A stretch of DNA of 64,000 bases, from IMG/VR virus record IMGVR_UViG_3300020530_000006; one strand, given 5' to 3'. This stretch comes from a virus. How positions within the stretch are numbered: position 1 is the stretch's first letter; each line of letters opens with the position of its first letter. Under the pieces are notes generated by a model. The model did not search any database, was not told where the DNA came from, and was given only the letters and a program-made list of their open reading frames with translations. This document shows positions 27,247-36,585 of this stretch, in pieces. The translations under genes were made by a program, and so were the position numbers.

Positions 27247-27529
27247 TATCAATACTGCTCTAATTATATTTGTCACATATTTTATATTGGATATGTTTTA
27301 TGCTTATTATATTCTTTGTATAGAATCTCGTCAAAGTTTAATGTCCTCTTTTATGGCGGGAATGATAACGTCCTTATCGGCATTTGGGGTTGTTAGTTTT
27401 AGTAAAAATATGCTGTATGTTATTCCTTTGTTTTTAGGGGCGTTTGCTGGAACTTACTTTACGATGAAGTTAAAAGAAATCTTGCAATCCAGAAAATCCA
27501 GAAAGCGTAAGGTTGACAACGCGGAATGA
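27224..27529 (+). CDS. Multi-TM membrane protein
   Basis: Three TM segments; GAFAGTY. Confidence 0.65.
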   Translation: MIPTNNFDINTALIIFVTYFILDMFYAYYILCIESRQSLMSSFMAGMITSLSAFGVVSFSKNMLYVIPLFLGAFAGTYFTMKLKEILQSRKSRKRKVDNAE

Positions 27530-27540
27530 CGATGTATACT
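27513..27540 (+). promoter_or_regulatory. sigma70-type promoter for rIIA
   Basis: TTGACA-16-TATACT, ACGATG in spacer. Confidence 0.75.
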
Positions 27541-27574
27541 TGGAGCATCACACAGGAAACCTTGGAGAACAAAG

Positions 27575-30220
27575 ATGAAACTCGCGGATCGAACGGTTGA
27601 AGTTCACAGTGCTGGCATCAATAGCACCAATCAGTTTACCATCGCTCAAACGAGCAAAATGTTTAAGATTCTGTCGGATTCTCTTTATTCCGACAAGACT
27701 ATGGCAGTTATTCGTGAACTTGCCACCAATGCTTATGACTCTCATATTAGTGCTGGTAATAAGAATCCTTTTAAGGTGACGTTGCCTACCGCTGCTAATC
27801 CTAATTTTGCGGTGCGTGATTATGGCACTGGTCTTAATCAAAAGGACATGGAGCATCTGTATACCACTTATGGTGCAAGCAATAAGAATGACAGTAATGA
27901 TTTTGTGGGTTGTCTTGGTCTAGGGTCTAAGAGTCCGTTTGCTTATACCAAGAGTTTTACTACTACTTCTTATTTTAACGGTACTCAATATACTTATATT
28001 GCGGCTATTGATGATACTGGTGTTCCTACGTTGAATCTTATTCATAGTACAGATACTAACGAGCCTAATGGTCTTGAGATTAGTTTTGCTGTTAAGCAAT
28101 ATGATTTCCAAGAGTTTAGTCAGAAGGCTGTTAGGGTTTTTCATTACTTTAAGAATAAGCCTATTATTGAGGGTGGTGTTCATTGGGATTTTACCAAAGA
28201 ATATAGCCAGCGTAATGTGGTTATTGATGGTGATGGGTGGCGTGTTTGCCGACTCAATAATGACAATATGAAGTTCCCGAATAATTATCATCGTATTCAA
28301 AGCGGCGTTATTGCTCTGATGGGTAATATTGCGTACCCTGTTGAAGTTTCTCATCTTATTGGTGAGGAAAAGGCTGAGACTCCAGATCATATTGCTAAGT
28401 GGAATCGTGCCTTTAATAAGGCCGACATTGCTTCTTGGAAGAGTTTTGTTGGTGAAATCATCAATCAGGGTCTTTATCTGGAACTTGATTTTGGTATTGG
28501 CGAACTTGAGATGGATGTTAGTCGTGAAGGTTTGCAGTATACAAAATCTGTTGTTAAGACTCTGCGTGAAAAGACCCAGGATATTTTCGTTGAGTTGAAG
28601 AAGAATTTCAGCGACAAGATCGCTACTGCTAAAACCAAGGTAGAAGCAATCCAGACATATTACCAGATGAATGATCTTGCTGGTGGTTGGGGTGTTGGTG
28701 CTAGTTGGACTGATGCTTCTGGTAAAGATCATAGCATTAGTTCTGGTCAGGATATTGAATACAAGTTGGACAAGGAAGAGAATCTTTATGTGTTCAATTA
28801 TCGCACAGCAGGATATCGTTCTCGTCGCATGATTTATCTTACCAATCAAATTCATCATGACACTCTTACTGGCAAGGGGTATAATTACTGGAATACTAGC
28901 GGTAAGAAGAATGGCGGTATGAAGTTCTTCTGGTGTGATATTAGTGCTACAGAAACTGCTAAGAAGATCGTCACCAAGTATTGCAACACAAATGATTGTT
29001 TTGCGTATCTTTTGGTACACACAAAGGATCATACCAATGTGTCTAATGGCTTTAAAAGTCTAGTTAAGGATGTTGGAGAACATAATATTCTTAATGTATC
29101 AGACTATCGTGATCTTATTAAGTCAACTCCTAAAGCCAGAGGGAGTAAGGGTAGTAAGGGTAGTGTTAGCGACCAAGATATTTTCTTGATCTTTGGAGAT
29201 CAGAAGAATACTAGTCCTCTAAACTATGACTACAATGATGCTACTCTTATGCGTAGTCTTAGCATTGATAGTCTTAATGATCTAGAGGATGCTGACGAGA
29301 TTGTGTATATTCCTATCCTCAGATACGCTACTGCTACTACTGATTACCCCACCATTAATGGTTTGTATAGTCACAAAGATTTCTTTGAGAAGTATAAGGT
29401 TTTTGATAACACAAATATTTATGCTATCAAGCATAGTGTGGTGGATCGTTTAATCAAGGAAGGGTACAACCTTGTGGATTTTAACACTTGGTTCAAGACT
29501 CGCTTGAAGAAACTGAACGATAACAAGTTCAAGGATATTTATCAGTTTAATAGTCTGGTCGAACAGTGCAGGAACGAATACAATTCTGATGACAAAATGA
29601 ATCGTGGGTACGGTCAAGGCTATATTGATAGACAGTTTCTTTTCCATATGCTCAATATGTTCGGGTTGGAATATGACCAGTTTATCAATAACAAGAAGAT
29701 TGTGTCAACTTTGGATAGTCTGATGATCCTTGAATTCTTTACAGATACTATTCATCGTGAAGAATTTGATATTGCTAAGTTCAAGAAGGACGATTACTAT
29801 GGTCACATGACAAAACTGTTGAACGATTTTGGAATCAATGATTTGGATAGTGCTAAGATTAAGGATTCTAATGTTGTCTATAATCAGATTAATCGTATCA
29901 TCGACAGTATGTATGATAGCGACAAGGTTTCGCAGTATAAGAGTATTTTTAAGAAAACAGAATCGGATAACGAGTATGTTGCTCCGAAAATCGCTGATCT
30001 TAGAAAAACAATTAAAGCGGAACTTGACAACAATCCGATACTGAAGTATACTATGTGTGTTACGCCTGTTAGTGGCAATTTGAGAGAATTGAGAAATGTT
30101 AATCCTCTCAAACAAAACGATGGAAGTCGTGGCTACTATCATCGTGATAACAATGGTTGGTTTAGTACGATTAATGATCTTGATAAGTTGAAGGTTCAAT
30201 TCGGTCAAATAATTGGTTAG
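27575..30220 (+). CDS. rIIA: rIIA-like protein (N-terminal GHKL ATPase)
   Basis: FKILSDSLYSDK..RELATNAYD..DYGTG..GCLGLGSKSPFAY..SREGL. Confidence 0.88.
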   Translation: MKLADRTVEVHSAGINSTNQFTIAQTSKMFKILSDSLYSDKTMAVIRELATNAYDSHISAGNKNPFKVTLPTAANPNFAVRDYGTGLNQKDMEHLYTTYGASNKNDSNDFVGCLGLGSKSPFAYTKSFTTTSYFNGTQYTYIAAIDDTGVPTLNLIHSTDTNEPNGLEISFAVKQYDFQEFSQKAVRVFHYFKNKPIIEGGVHWDFTKEYSQRNVVIDGDGWRVCRLNNDNMKFPNNYHRIQSGVIALMGNIAYPVEVSHLIGEEKAETPDHIAKWNRAFNKADIASWKSFVGEIINQGLYLELDFGIGELEMDVSREGLQYTKSVVKTLREKTQDIFVELKKNFSDKIATAKTKVEAIQTYYQMNDLAGGWGVGASWTDASGKDHSISSGQDIEYKLDKEENLYVFNYRTAGYRSRRMIYLTNQIHHDTLTGKGYNYWNTSGKKNGGMKFFWCDISATETAKKIVTKYCNTNDCFAYLLVHTKDHTNVSNGFKSLVKDVGEHNILNVSDYRDLIKSTPKARGSKGSKGSVSDQDIFLIFGDQKNTSPLNYDYNDATLMRSLSIDSLNDLEDADEIVYIPILRYATATTDYPTINGLYSHKDFFEKYKVFDNTNIYAIKHSVVDRLIKEGYNLVDFNTWFKTRLKKLNDNKFKDIYQFNSLVEQCRNEYNSDDKMNRGYGQGYIDRQFLFHMLNMFGLEYDQFINNKKIVSTLDSLMILEFFTDTIHREEFDIAKFKKDDYYGHMTKLLNDFGINDLDSAKIKDSNVVYNQINRIIDSMYDSDKVSQYKSIFKKTESDNEYVAPKIADLRKTIKAELDNNPILKYTMCVTPVSGNLRELRNVNPLKQNDGSRGYYHRDNNGWFSTINDLDKLKVQFGQIIG

Positions 30221-30224
30221 TATA

Positions 30225-30683
30225 ATGAAAAAATTTAATATTACTTATGAAGATTTATATGACTTATATATAACTCAAGGCTTATCAACATTATCTATTG
30301 GAAAACTATATGATGTACACCATACCTCGGTTTTAGATAAGTTGAACAAGTTTGCAATTAAAACTAGAAATATATCTGATAGCAAAAAACTTTCAAAACT
30401 TAATAGGGGTTCATCAAGCAAATTATTTAGGCATGGGTTAAGCGATAGTGGCTATAAAGTATTTAGACAAAATGGCAAAAAAACCAAAGAACACAGAATT
30501 GTTGCAGAACGTATTCTGAGGAGGTCTTTGGATAAAAACGAAGTGGTTCATCATGTTAACGGTATCAAAACAGATAACAGAGTAGAAAATTTATGGATTT
30601 TTCCATCACAAAAAGATCACGCAGAATATCATTGGAATGGAACAATACATAAGGATACAATTATATTAAAAAATGTCGATTAG
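30225..30683 (+). CDS. HNH homing endonuclease with N-terminal HTH
   Basis: EHRIV..VHHVNGIKTDNRVENL; inserted between rIIA and rIIB. Confidence 0.85.
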   Translation: MKKFNITYEDLYDLYITQGLSTLSIGKLYDVHHTSVLDKLNKFAIKTRNISDSKKLSKLNRGSSSKLFRHGLSDSGYKVFRQNGKKTKEHRIVAERILRRSLDKNEVVHHVNGIKTDNRVENLWIFPSQKDHAEYHWNGTIHKDTIILKNVD

Positions 30684-30724
30684 GTTTATATTCACGGGTA
30701 ACTTTATTTCATAGGAGATTTTCA

Positions 30725-31597
30725 ATGTCTGTAGTTCCTTTTATGTGGGTTGATGGTAATCTTACGCTTGTTCTTAATAACAGGACGTATCAGGTTTTGC
30801 CGGATCATATTAATTACAAGATGATTCTTGAGGCGTTGCCAACTGCAAACGCTGATGAACTCTTGGAGATTGTGGATGTGGAAAAGGCTGTTGCTACTTT
30901 TAGTGATGGTCTTGTGGAGATTAAGAACGGCCAAGTCACTTATGAGGGTGAGGTTGTTCATGGTAGTATCAGTAAGCGTATTCTGGAGTTTATGAGCAAG
31001 GGTCTGCCTTTTCAGCCCCTAGTTAACTTCCTGAATAATCTTATGGATAATCCTAGTATGCAGAGTCAAAAGGAACTGTATGATTTCCTTGAGCATGAGC
31101 ATCTGCCTATTACTGAGGACGGTTGTTTTCTTGCTTATAAGGCAGTCAGGAGCGATTTTAAGGATAAATATCGTGGAGTATTCGACAACAGTGTTGGCAA
31201 CATCTGTAAGATGACCAGAGCGAAGGTTGACGATAATCGTAGTCGAGGTTGTTCTGATGGACTTCATGCTGGTGCATTGAATTATGTTGCTGGTTATGGT
31301 AGTCTTGAGAGCGGCGACAAGATTGTGATCGTCAAGATTAATCCCAAGAACGTTGTGAGTGTTCCTAGTGATTGTAACTGTGAGAAACTTCGCACATGCG
31401 AATATCTTGTGGTTGGTGAATATCAAGGAGAACTTCTCAAGCCGTTGTATTCGGCAACATTCTCAGAGGATGAGTATGCTGGTTATGATGATGAGGATGA
31501 GGACTATGATATCCGTGATGATTACTGGGATCAGTTTGATGACGAAGATGAGGATTATGAGGACGAGGATGATTACGACAACTCGTATCCTGGTTGA
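30725..31597 (+). CDS. rIIB: rIIB-like protein with acidic tail
   Basis: LYDFL..ITEDGCFLAYK..CSDGLH..VSVPSD..KLRTCEY. Confidence 0.88.
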   Translation: MSVVPFMWVDGNLTLVLNNRTYQVLPDHINYKMILEALPTANADELLEIVDVEKAVATFSDGLVEIKNGQVTYEGEVVHGSISKRILEFMSKGLPFQPLVNFLNNLMDNPSMQSQKELYDFLEHEHLPITEDGCFLAYKAVRSDFKDKYRGVFDNSVGNICKMTRAKVDDNRSRGCSDGLHAGALNYVAGYGSLESGDKIVIVKINPKNVVSVPSDCNCEKLRTCEYLVVGEYQGELLKPLYSATFSEDEYAGYDDEDEDYDIRDDYWDQFDDEDEDYEDEDDYDNSYPG

Positions 31598-31608
31598 TTA
31601 AAAGAATT

Positions 31609-31691
31609 AGTGGAGTCTGGGGACTAAGATAATAGCCTCTGGTTGGGAAACTCGACAAACGCTATTTGAGAGGGTTCGATTCCCTCCCACT
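31609..31691 (+). ncRNA. tRNA-like RNA with aberrant anticodon arm
   Basis: Canonical T-arm GAGGG-TTCGATT-CCCTC, AGTGG/CCACT acceptor-like stem, AATAGC/GCTATT stem. Confidence 0.5.
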
Positions 31692-31708
31692 TTTTAAAAG
31701 GAGTATTG

Positions 31709-32113
31709 ATGAACGATCCATACGATGACGAAGATGACGAATACGATGATGACTACTATAATAATGATTATAGTGATCAGTATGATCCGTATAAGTTTTA
31801 CTTTAAGTTTGATATAAACCAAAACTCTCCGTTGTCGGAATGGATAAGCAAAATGATCAATGATATCTTTAAAAAAGATTATGACTTCGATAAGATGGTA
31901 GTGTTTCCTGTGAATAGTTGGAATCCCAATACTGGAGGAAAAGATAAACTCCAGTATTTGGGATCCAATTATGCTAACGAACCAATTTGGAAAACAAAAT
32001 ATTGGGTTGCTGATCCTGTAAATTCAGCATACAAGGCACACTTACAATCTCATGCTGTTCATTTTATTAATCAACCTAAATATTACAAGGGATTATTTGA
32101 TATCTTAAATTAA
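31709..32113 (+). CDS. Hypothetical protein with acidic N-terminus
   Basis: AAGGAG RBS. Confidence 0.65.
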   Translation: MNDPYDDEDDEYDDDYYNNDYSDQYDPYKFYFKFDINQNSPLSEWISKMINDIFKKDYDFDKMVVFPVNSWNPNTGGKDKLQYLGSNYANEPIWKTKYWVADPVNSAYKAHLQSHAVHFINQPKYYKGLFDILN

Positions 32114-32122
32114 GGAAACATT

Positions 32123-32542
32123 ATGTCACAATCAGAATGGTTTGTTGTACCAAATATTAAAGAATTTACAGATAAGGCTAGATCAATAGTCTACAATAAT
32201 TTTGGCGTTTGGAACAATAAAACAGATATGGATATCCTTATAGATGATGTGGCTCAAAATGAAAAAGCGGAATTTGATAAAGTATTATCTCATCAAGAGA
32301 GTTTAGTAATAGTTAAAGAAAATCTGAAAAGAGAAAGAAATAAGATCACAAAAAAAATTAGATATATTCTAAACGATGATATATTTGCTGAGATAGTATA
32401 TAAACTTAATGATAGGATGGTAAGTAATATTATTAGTGGTTTGGTTCAAAAGGGTTTAGTAGAAACTGCTTTTGATGAAGAGGCTAACGACTTTGTATTT
32501 TGGGTAAAAAAAGATGAAGAAGAAAAACCAGAAACCGATTGA
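32123..32542 (+). CDS. Hypothetical protein
   Basis: Motif shared with 20222..20602. Confidence 0.65.
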   Translation: MSQSEWFVVPNIKEFTDKARSIVYNNFGVWNNKTDMDILIDDVAQNEKAEFDKVLSHQESLVIVKENLKRERNKITKKIRYILNDDIFAEIVYKLNDRMVSNIISGLVQKGLVETAFDEEANDFVFWVKKDEEEKPETD

Positions 32543-32942
32543 TATTGATAGCCACTTTAAATACAGATGTCCAAAAATTAATTGTGGCTATGATCATTGG
32601 TTATCTTTCAAGCAAGTGAAAATAAAAAACTTTAAGGTGGTCTGCGATTGTGGAACTGTTTTTAAACCAAAAACTATCAAAAAAATTAAAATAGTATATG
32701 AAAAAGATATTGAGCAACAACAGGTAGTACAAGTACCGCATAAAGAACAAATAGTCGAACAACCTAAGATTCCTCTTGATCTTGAAAAGCAATGTGGTAC
32801 AATACTTACTGGTTATGGTTTTACGACAGAGGAGTGTTCGGTTCTTATAGCAAAAGCATATCAAAAAAACCAGACAAACAGTGCTGGTTCGTTGGTTAAA
32901 TATATAATACAAAATTTGGGAGAATTAAATGAGTTCAATTAA
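32514..32942 (+). CDS. Zn-ribbon plus RuvA C-terminal-domain-like protein
   Basis: CPKINC..CDCG; C-terminal ILTGYGFTTEEC..SLVKYIIQNL resembles RuvA domain III; overlaps the ruvB start. Confidence 0.55.
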   Translation: MKKKNQKPIDIDSHFKYRCPKINCGYDHWLSFKQVKIKNFKVVCDCGTVFKPKTIKKIKIVYEKDIEQQQVVQVPHKEQIVEQPKIPLDLEKQCGTILTGYGFTTEECSVLIAKAYQKNQTNSAGSLVKYIIQNLGELNEFN

Positions 32943-33819
32943 GAGGCCAAGTTCTTTTGATAATATTGTTGGTCAGTCAGATGTTGTCAATAGGCTCCGT
33001 ATCTCCACAGAGGGCTGTAAAAAAACCGACTCTGTGCTGCCCCATGTTTTAATAGACGGCCCTCCTGGCCTTGGTAAAACGACAATAGCGGGTGCTATAG
33101 CAACAGAAATGGGAGTGAATCTGTATACCGCGAACGCTGCTAATCTAAGAAGTGTAAAAAGTGTTCTGCCATATTTGTTAAGAATGACTAAGCGTTCTGT
33201 TTTTTTTATAGACGAAATCCATAGATTACCAAAACTTGTGGAAGAATTTCTTTATCCTGTAATGGAAGACTTTAAGATCAATATTGTTCTAGAAAAAGAA
33301 CCAGAAGAAATAGAGATTCCAGCATTTACATTAGTTGGAGCAACTACTAGTGGTGGTAGTCTTAGTCAGCCATTTTATGATCGTTTTCAAATCAAAGAGC
33401 ATTTATCATTTTATACCGATATTGAGTTAGCTAAACTAGCAAGATTGAATTCTGATAGTCTAGGATTATCAATGGAAGATTCCGAACTATTAGAAATAGC
33501 AAAAAGAAGTAAAGGCACTCCAAGAATCCTAAATGGTAGGCTACAATGGTATAAAAACTACAAAATGTGTAGTAATGATAACACAACAGTAAACGATATA
33601 TTTCTTATTCAGGGTATTGATGAGTATGGTTTGGATGTGTACGATAGAATGTATTTAGACATTCTTAAAAATAACAAAGGTAATCCGTTGGGATTAAAGT
33701 CTATCAGTTCGTTAACAGGAATAGCAATAGAAACTATAGAAAATAGTATCGAACCATACCTAGTGCGAAAAGGATTTGCGAAAAGAACACAAAAGGGTAG
33801 AATTATAGGAGATATATAA
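32929..33819 (+). CDS. ruvB: Holliday junction branch migration ATPase RuvB
   Basis: GPPGLGKTT, FIDEIHRL, GATT, DRF, GTPR, EPYL..RTQKGR. Confidence 0.95.
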   Translation: MSSIKRPSSFDNIVGQSDVVNRLRISTEGCKKTDSVLPHVLIDGPPGLGKTTIAGAIATEMGVNLYTANAANLRSVKSVLPYLLRMTKRSVFFIDEIHRLPKLVEEFLYPVMEDFKINIVLEKEPEEIEIPAFTLVGATTSGGSLSQPFYDRFQIKEHLSFYTDIELAKLARLNSDSLGLSMEDSELLEIAKRSKGTPRILNGRLQWYKNYKMCSNDNTTVNDIFLIQGIDEYGLDVYDRMYLDILKNNKGNPLGLKSISSLTGIAIETIENSIEPYLVRKGFAKRTQKGRIIGDI

Positions 33820-33820
33820 C

Positions 33821-34117
33821 ATGGATCCTTTGATTATTATACTAATCATTCTCAATATTAATAGTCTATTAATTGGCTTTATTTTTGGTCGATTTGGTAG
33901 TCAGAATGGTGTATTAAATAATACTCATGGATCATTTTTAACCAAACAAAAACATCATATCAAAGAAAATAATAGTATATCAATAGACGATAAGAAAGTA
34001 GTTGTAGATATTAAAACCGATGGTTTGGAAAAAAAATACGATTCTTTAGGAGATATAAAAAAGACTCAAGATAATATAACAAACTCTGTAAATAAACTTA
34101 AAAATCTTAAGGGGTAA
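33821..34117 (+). CDS. Single-TM protein, putative actin partner
   Basis: N-terminal TM; ends NSVNKLKNLKG 3 nt before the actin gene. Confidence 0.6.
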   Translation: MDPLIIILIILNINSLLIGFIFGRFGSQNGVLNNTHGSFLTKQKHHIKENNSISIDDKKVVVDIKTDGLEKKYDSLGDIKKTQDNITNSVNKLKNLKG

Positions 34118-34120
34118 ATT

Positions 34121-35122
34121 ATGGCAAAAGGTCTTGACGTAGGTACTAGTTTCATTGTTTTATCAAAAGATAATAACGGAAACATAGAGTATAAAGATTT
34201 TCGAGACGCATTTTATATTATTAAGCCAACAACCCCAGTAGCCACAAAAATGATAGAAAAAGGCTTATCTGGTAAGGTTTTTATTAAAGACAATGACGGC
34301 TCATTCATTATTCTTGGCAAAGATGCAATTGAAAAAGCAGTAGAACGTAATGACGCCGCAAAAAGACCCATGTATAGAGGCGTTGTTTCTGCTAAAGAAA
34401 AAGATGCTAAAAGAATTCTCGCATTTATTCTAAAAGAAGTAGTCGGCACAGCATCAGAGTCAGGGGAAAAACTGGTTTTCTGCGTTCCTGCTCAACCAGT
34501 AGATCAAGAAGATGAAGATTTTGATGTGGGTTATCATGAAGATGTTGTTAAAACAGTATTAGCAGAATGTGGTTATGATGCTAGAGCAATTAACGAAGCA
34601 GAAGCATTATGCTATGCTGAATTAGAAGGAGACGATTATACTGGTATAGCAATTAGTTGCGGTGCTGGTATGACAAATGTTTGCGTTATGTTAAATGGCG
34701 AACCAACAGTAGTCTTTAGCACAACAAAGTCAGGCGATTGGATTGATCGTATGAGTGCTGTAGCCACAGGAGAACCAGACAGTGTTGTTCAGGCAGAAAA
34801 AGAAGGCGGCGAATTTAAAATAGGCGAACCGAACGATAATCCAGTTCTATCCGCTGTTTCTGCTTATTATGATCGTCTTATTGATTATACAACAAAACAA
34901 TTAACATTTGCATTAACCGGTCACAGAGCTTTGCCAAAATTTAAAAATCCGCTTAAAATAGTTATAGCAGGAGGGACTTCTCAGGCCAAAGGTTATGTTG
35001 AAAAATTTAGAGAAAAATTAGTAGAAAATAATTTTCCACTACCAGTTAAAGAGGTAGTACATTCATCAGACCCACTTCATGCTGTTTCTAAGGGTTGCTT
35101 AATCGCATCAAAAGTTTTATGA
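34121..35122 (+). CDS. Actin-fold ATPase (MreB/MamK/ParM superfamily)
   Basis: GLDVGTS, INEAEA, SCGAGMT, IAGGTS, DPLHAVSKG. Confidence 0.88.
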   Translation: MAKGLDVGTSFIVLSKDNNGNIEYKDFRDAFYIIKPTTPVATKMIEKGLSGKVFIKDNDGSFIILGKDAIEKAVERNDAAKRPMYRGVVSAKEKDAKRILAFILKEVVGTASESGEKLVFCVPAQPVDQEDEDFDVGYHEDVVKTVLAECGYDARAINEAEALCYAELEGDDYTGIAISCGAGMTNVCVMLNGEPTVVFSTTKSGDWIDRMSAVATGEPDSVVQAEKEGGEFKIGEPNDNPVLSAVSAYYDRLIDYTTKQLTFALTGHRALPKFKNPLKIVIAGGTSQAKGYVEKFREKLVENNFPLPVKEVVHSSDPLHAVSKGCLIASKVL

Positions 35123-35772
35123 GTAATTATCTAAATATAGACACTCCAACCTTTTTTTGTTATCTAGATACAAATTTTTTCTATAATAAACCCCCGGATA
35201 TTAACTCTAAAAGAATAGTAGTAGAGGTTTTTAATTTTACTAGTATTCCACAAAGATGTGGTCTTTTTTCTGTTATGACAGAATACGGTAGTCAACACGC
35301 AAGAGTACCTATCCACTATTTGAGAGCAAACGAATCTGGTGGCTCAAACTACCCATTAGACTGGATTCAACTTTGGGATAGTATTAGTTATTATGCCTCC
35401 ATTAAGATAGATCAGTACACAAAAAATAGAGCAGCTAATATCTTCCTAAAAGATAAGAAGCTACATAAAGCTAAATATATGTTTACTATAGATTGGTGTC
35501 TAGGCCCACAATATCAAAATGGCTACGGCGAAATGTCAGCAGGACACAAGTGTGGTCATTTTTTCCAGGGGTTTGATGGTCAATATTTTTTACAACCCAA
35601 TAACAGAGTTCTTTGGATGGATGGTGGCAGTTTCATAGCCAAAAAATTTGATAAAAAACCAGACTGGGAAGTATTTAGTTTAGAATTTAGTTGTGAAAAT
35701 ACTGGAAGCAGATGGGTTAGCGAAAGTGAAGAAGAATTATATTTTTATGAATTTAAAGAAAAAAATTTATAA
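35119..35772 (+). CDS. Conserved phage hypothetical protein
   Basis: YMFTIDW..HKC..QPNNRVLW. Confidence 0.7.
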   Translation: MSNYLNIDTPTFFCYLDTNFFYNKPPDINSKRIVVEVFNFTSIPQRCGLFSVMTEYGSQHARVPIHYLRANESGGSNYPLDWIQLWDSISYYASIKIDQYTKNRAANIFLKDKKLHKAKYMFTIDWCLGPQYQNGYGEMSAGHKCGHFFQGFDGQYFLQPNNRVLWMDGGSFIAKKFDKKPDWEVFSLEFSCENTGSRWVSESEEELYFYEFKEKNL

Positions 35773-35823
35773 TAAGTGTATTTAGGTACGGTAAAAATAA
35801 ATCCTATAAAATATAGGTGATAT

Positions 35824-36585
35824 ATGTTTGGTTTATCTCGTAGAATTTTTCTTTTATCAGTAATAGCATCTCCAATATATGCTGGAACTCGTGATCCTAG
35901 GATTAAAGACGCAGAATACATAGAATATGCTAACTCATTTAAAACTGTTGGTAAAATTTGTGGATTAGCAAAAGACGGATCCAAATTTTGTGGTTCCGCT
36001 GTCGCCATAGATGATTATCACATATTAACAGCGGCCCATGTTATTCAAGGAAGCGTATCATGTTCGTTTTATATAAATGATAAAGAATACTGTATACCAG
36101 ATATAAGAATGCACAAAAATTTTGAAAATGGTGGTTTTGGAGTAGCAGACATAGCAATCGGTAGGTCAAAATTATCTTTTGATCTTGACAAATATCCAGA
36201 ACTATACAATGAGGAAAATGAAGTTGGTAAAGAGTGTGCAATTTGTGGTTATGGATTTAGCGGAACATTTGAAACAGGCTCCAAATTTTATGATGACAAA
36301 AAAAGAGCAGGACTGAATAGGATAGATAATATAGAAAAAGATATGCTAGTATGCTCATCATCTGATAAAACAGATAAAAATATTACAAAAATGGAGTTTC
36401 TAATAGCCAGCGGAGATAGCGGCGGGGGACTTTTTATTAATAATAGACTGGCTGGTATTAATTCTTGTGTCATGGCAGTTGACAGATCGCCACAGTCGAA
36501 ATATAATGAAGAGTCTGGTCATACTAGAATTTCTAAGTTTTTGGATTGGATAAATGAATATAGGAAAAATAAAGAAGAAAAATGA
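35824..36585 (+). CDS. Trypsin-like serine protease with signal peptide
   Basis: LTAAH, DIA, GDSGG triad. Confidence 0.9.
   Translation: MFGLSRRIFLLSVIASPIYAGTRDPRIKDAEYIEYANSFKTVGKICGLAKDGSKFCGSAVAIDDYHILTAAHVIQGSVSCSFYINDKEYCIPDIRMHKNFENGGFGVADIAIGRSKLSFDLDKYPELYNEENEVGKECAICGYGFSGTFETGSKFYDDKKRAGLNRIDNIEKDMLVCSSSDKTDKNITKMEFLIASGDSGGGLFINNRLAGINSCVMAVDRSPQSKYNEESGHTRISKFLDWINEYRKNKEEK

Noticed and set aside
27920-29032. 370-aa minus-strand ORF and other antisense ORFs
   Set aside because: Shadows of codon-biased + strand genes such as rIIA; no RBS or motifs
31480-31790. GAT/GAC/GAG-rich tracts as DNA repeats
   Set aside because: Explained by acidic protein tails of rIIB and the next ORF
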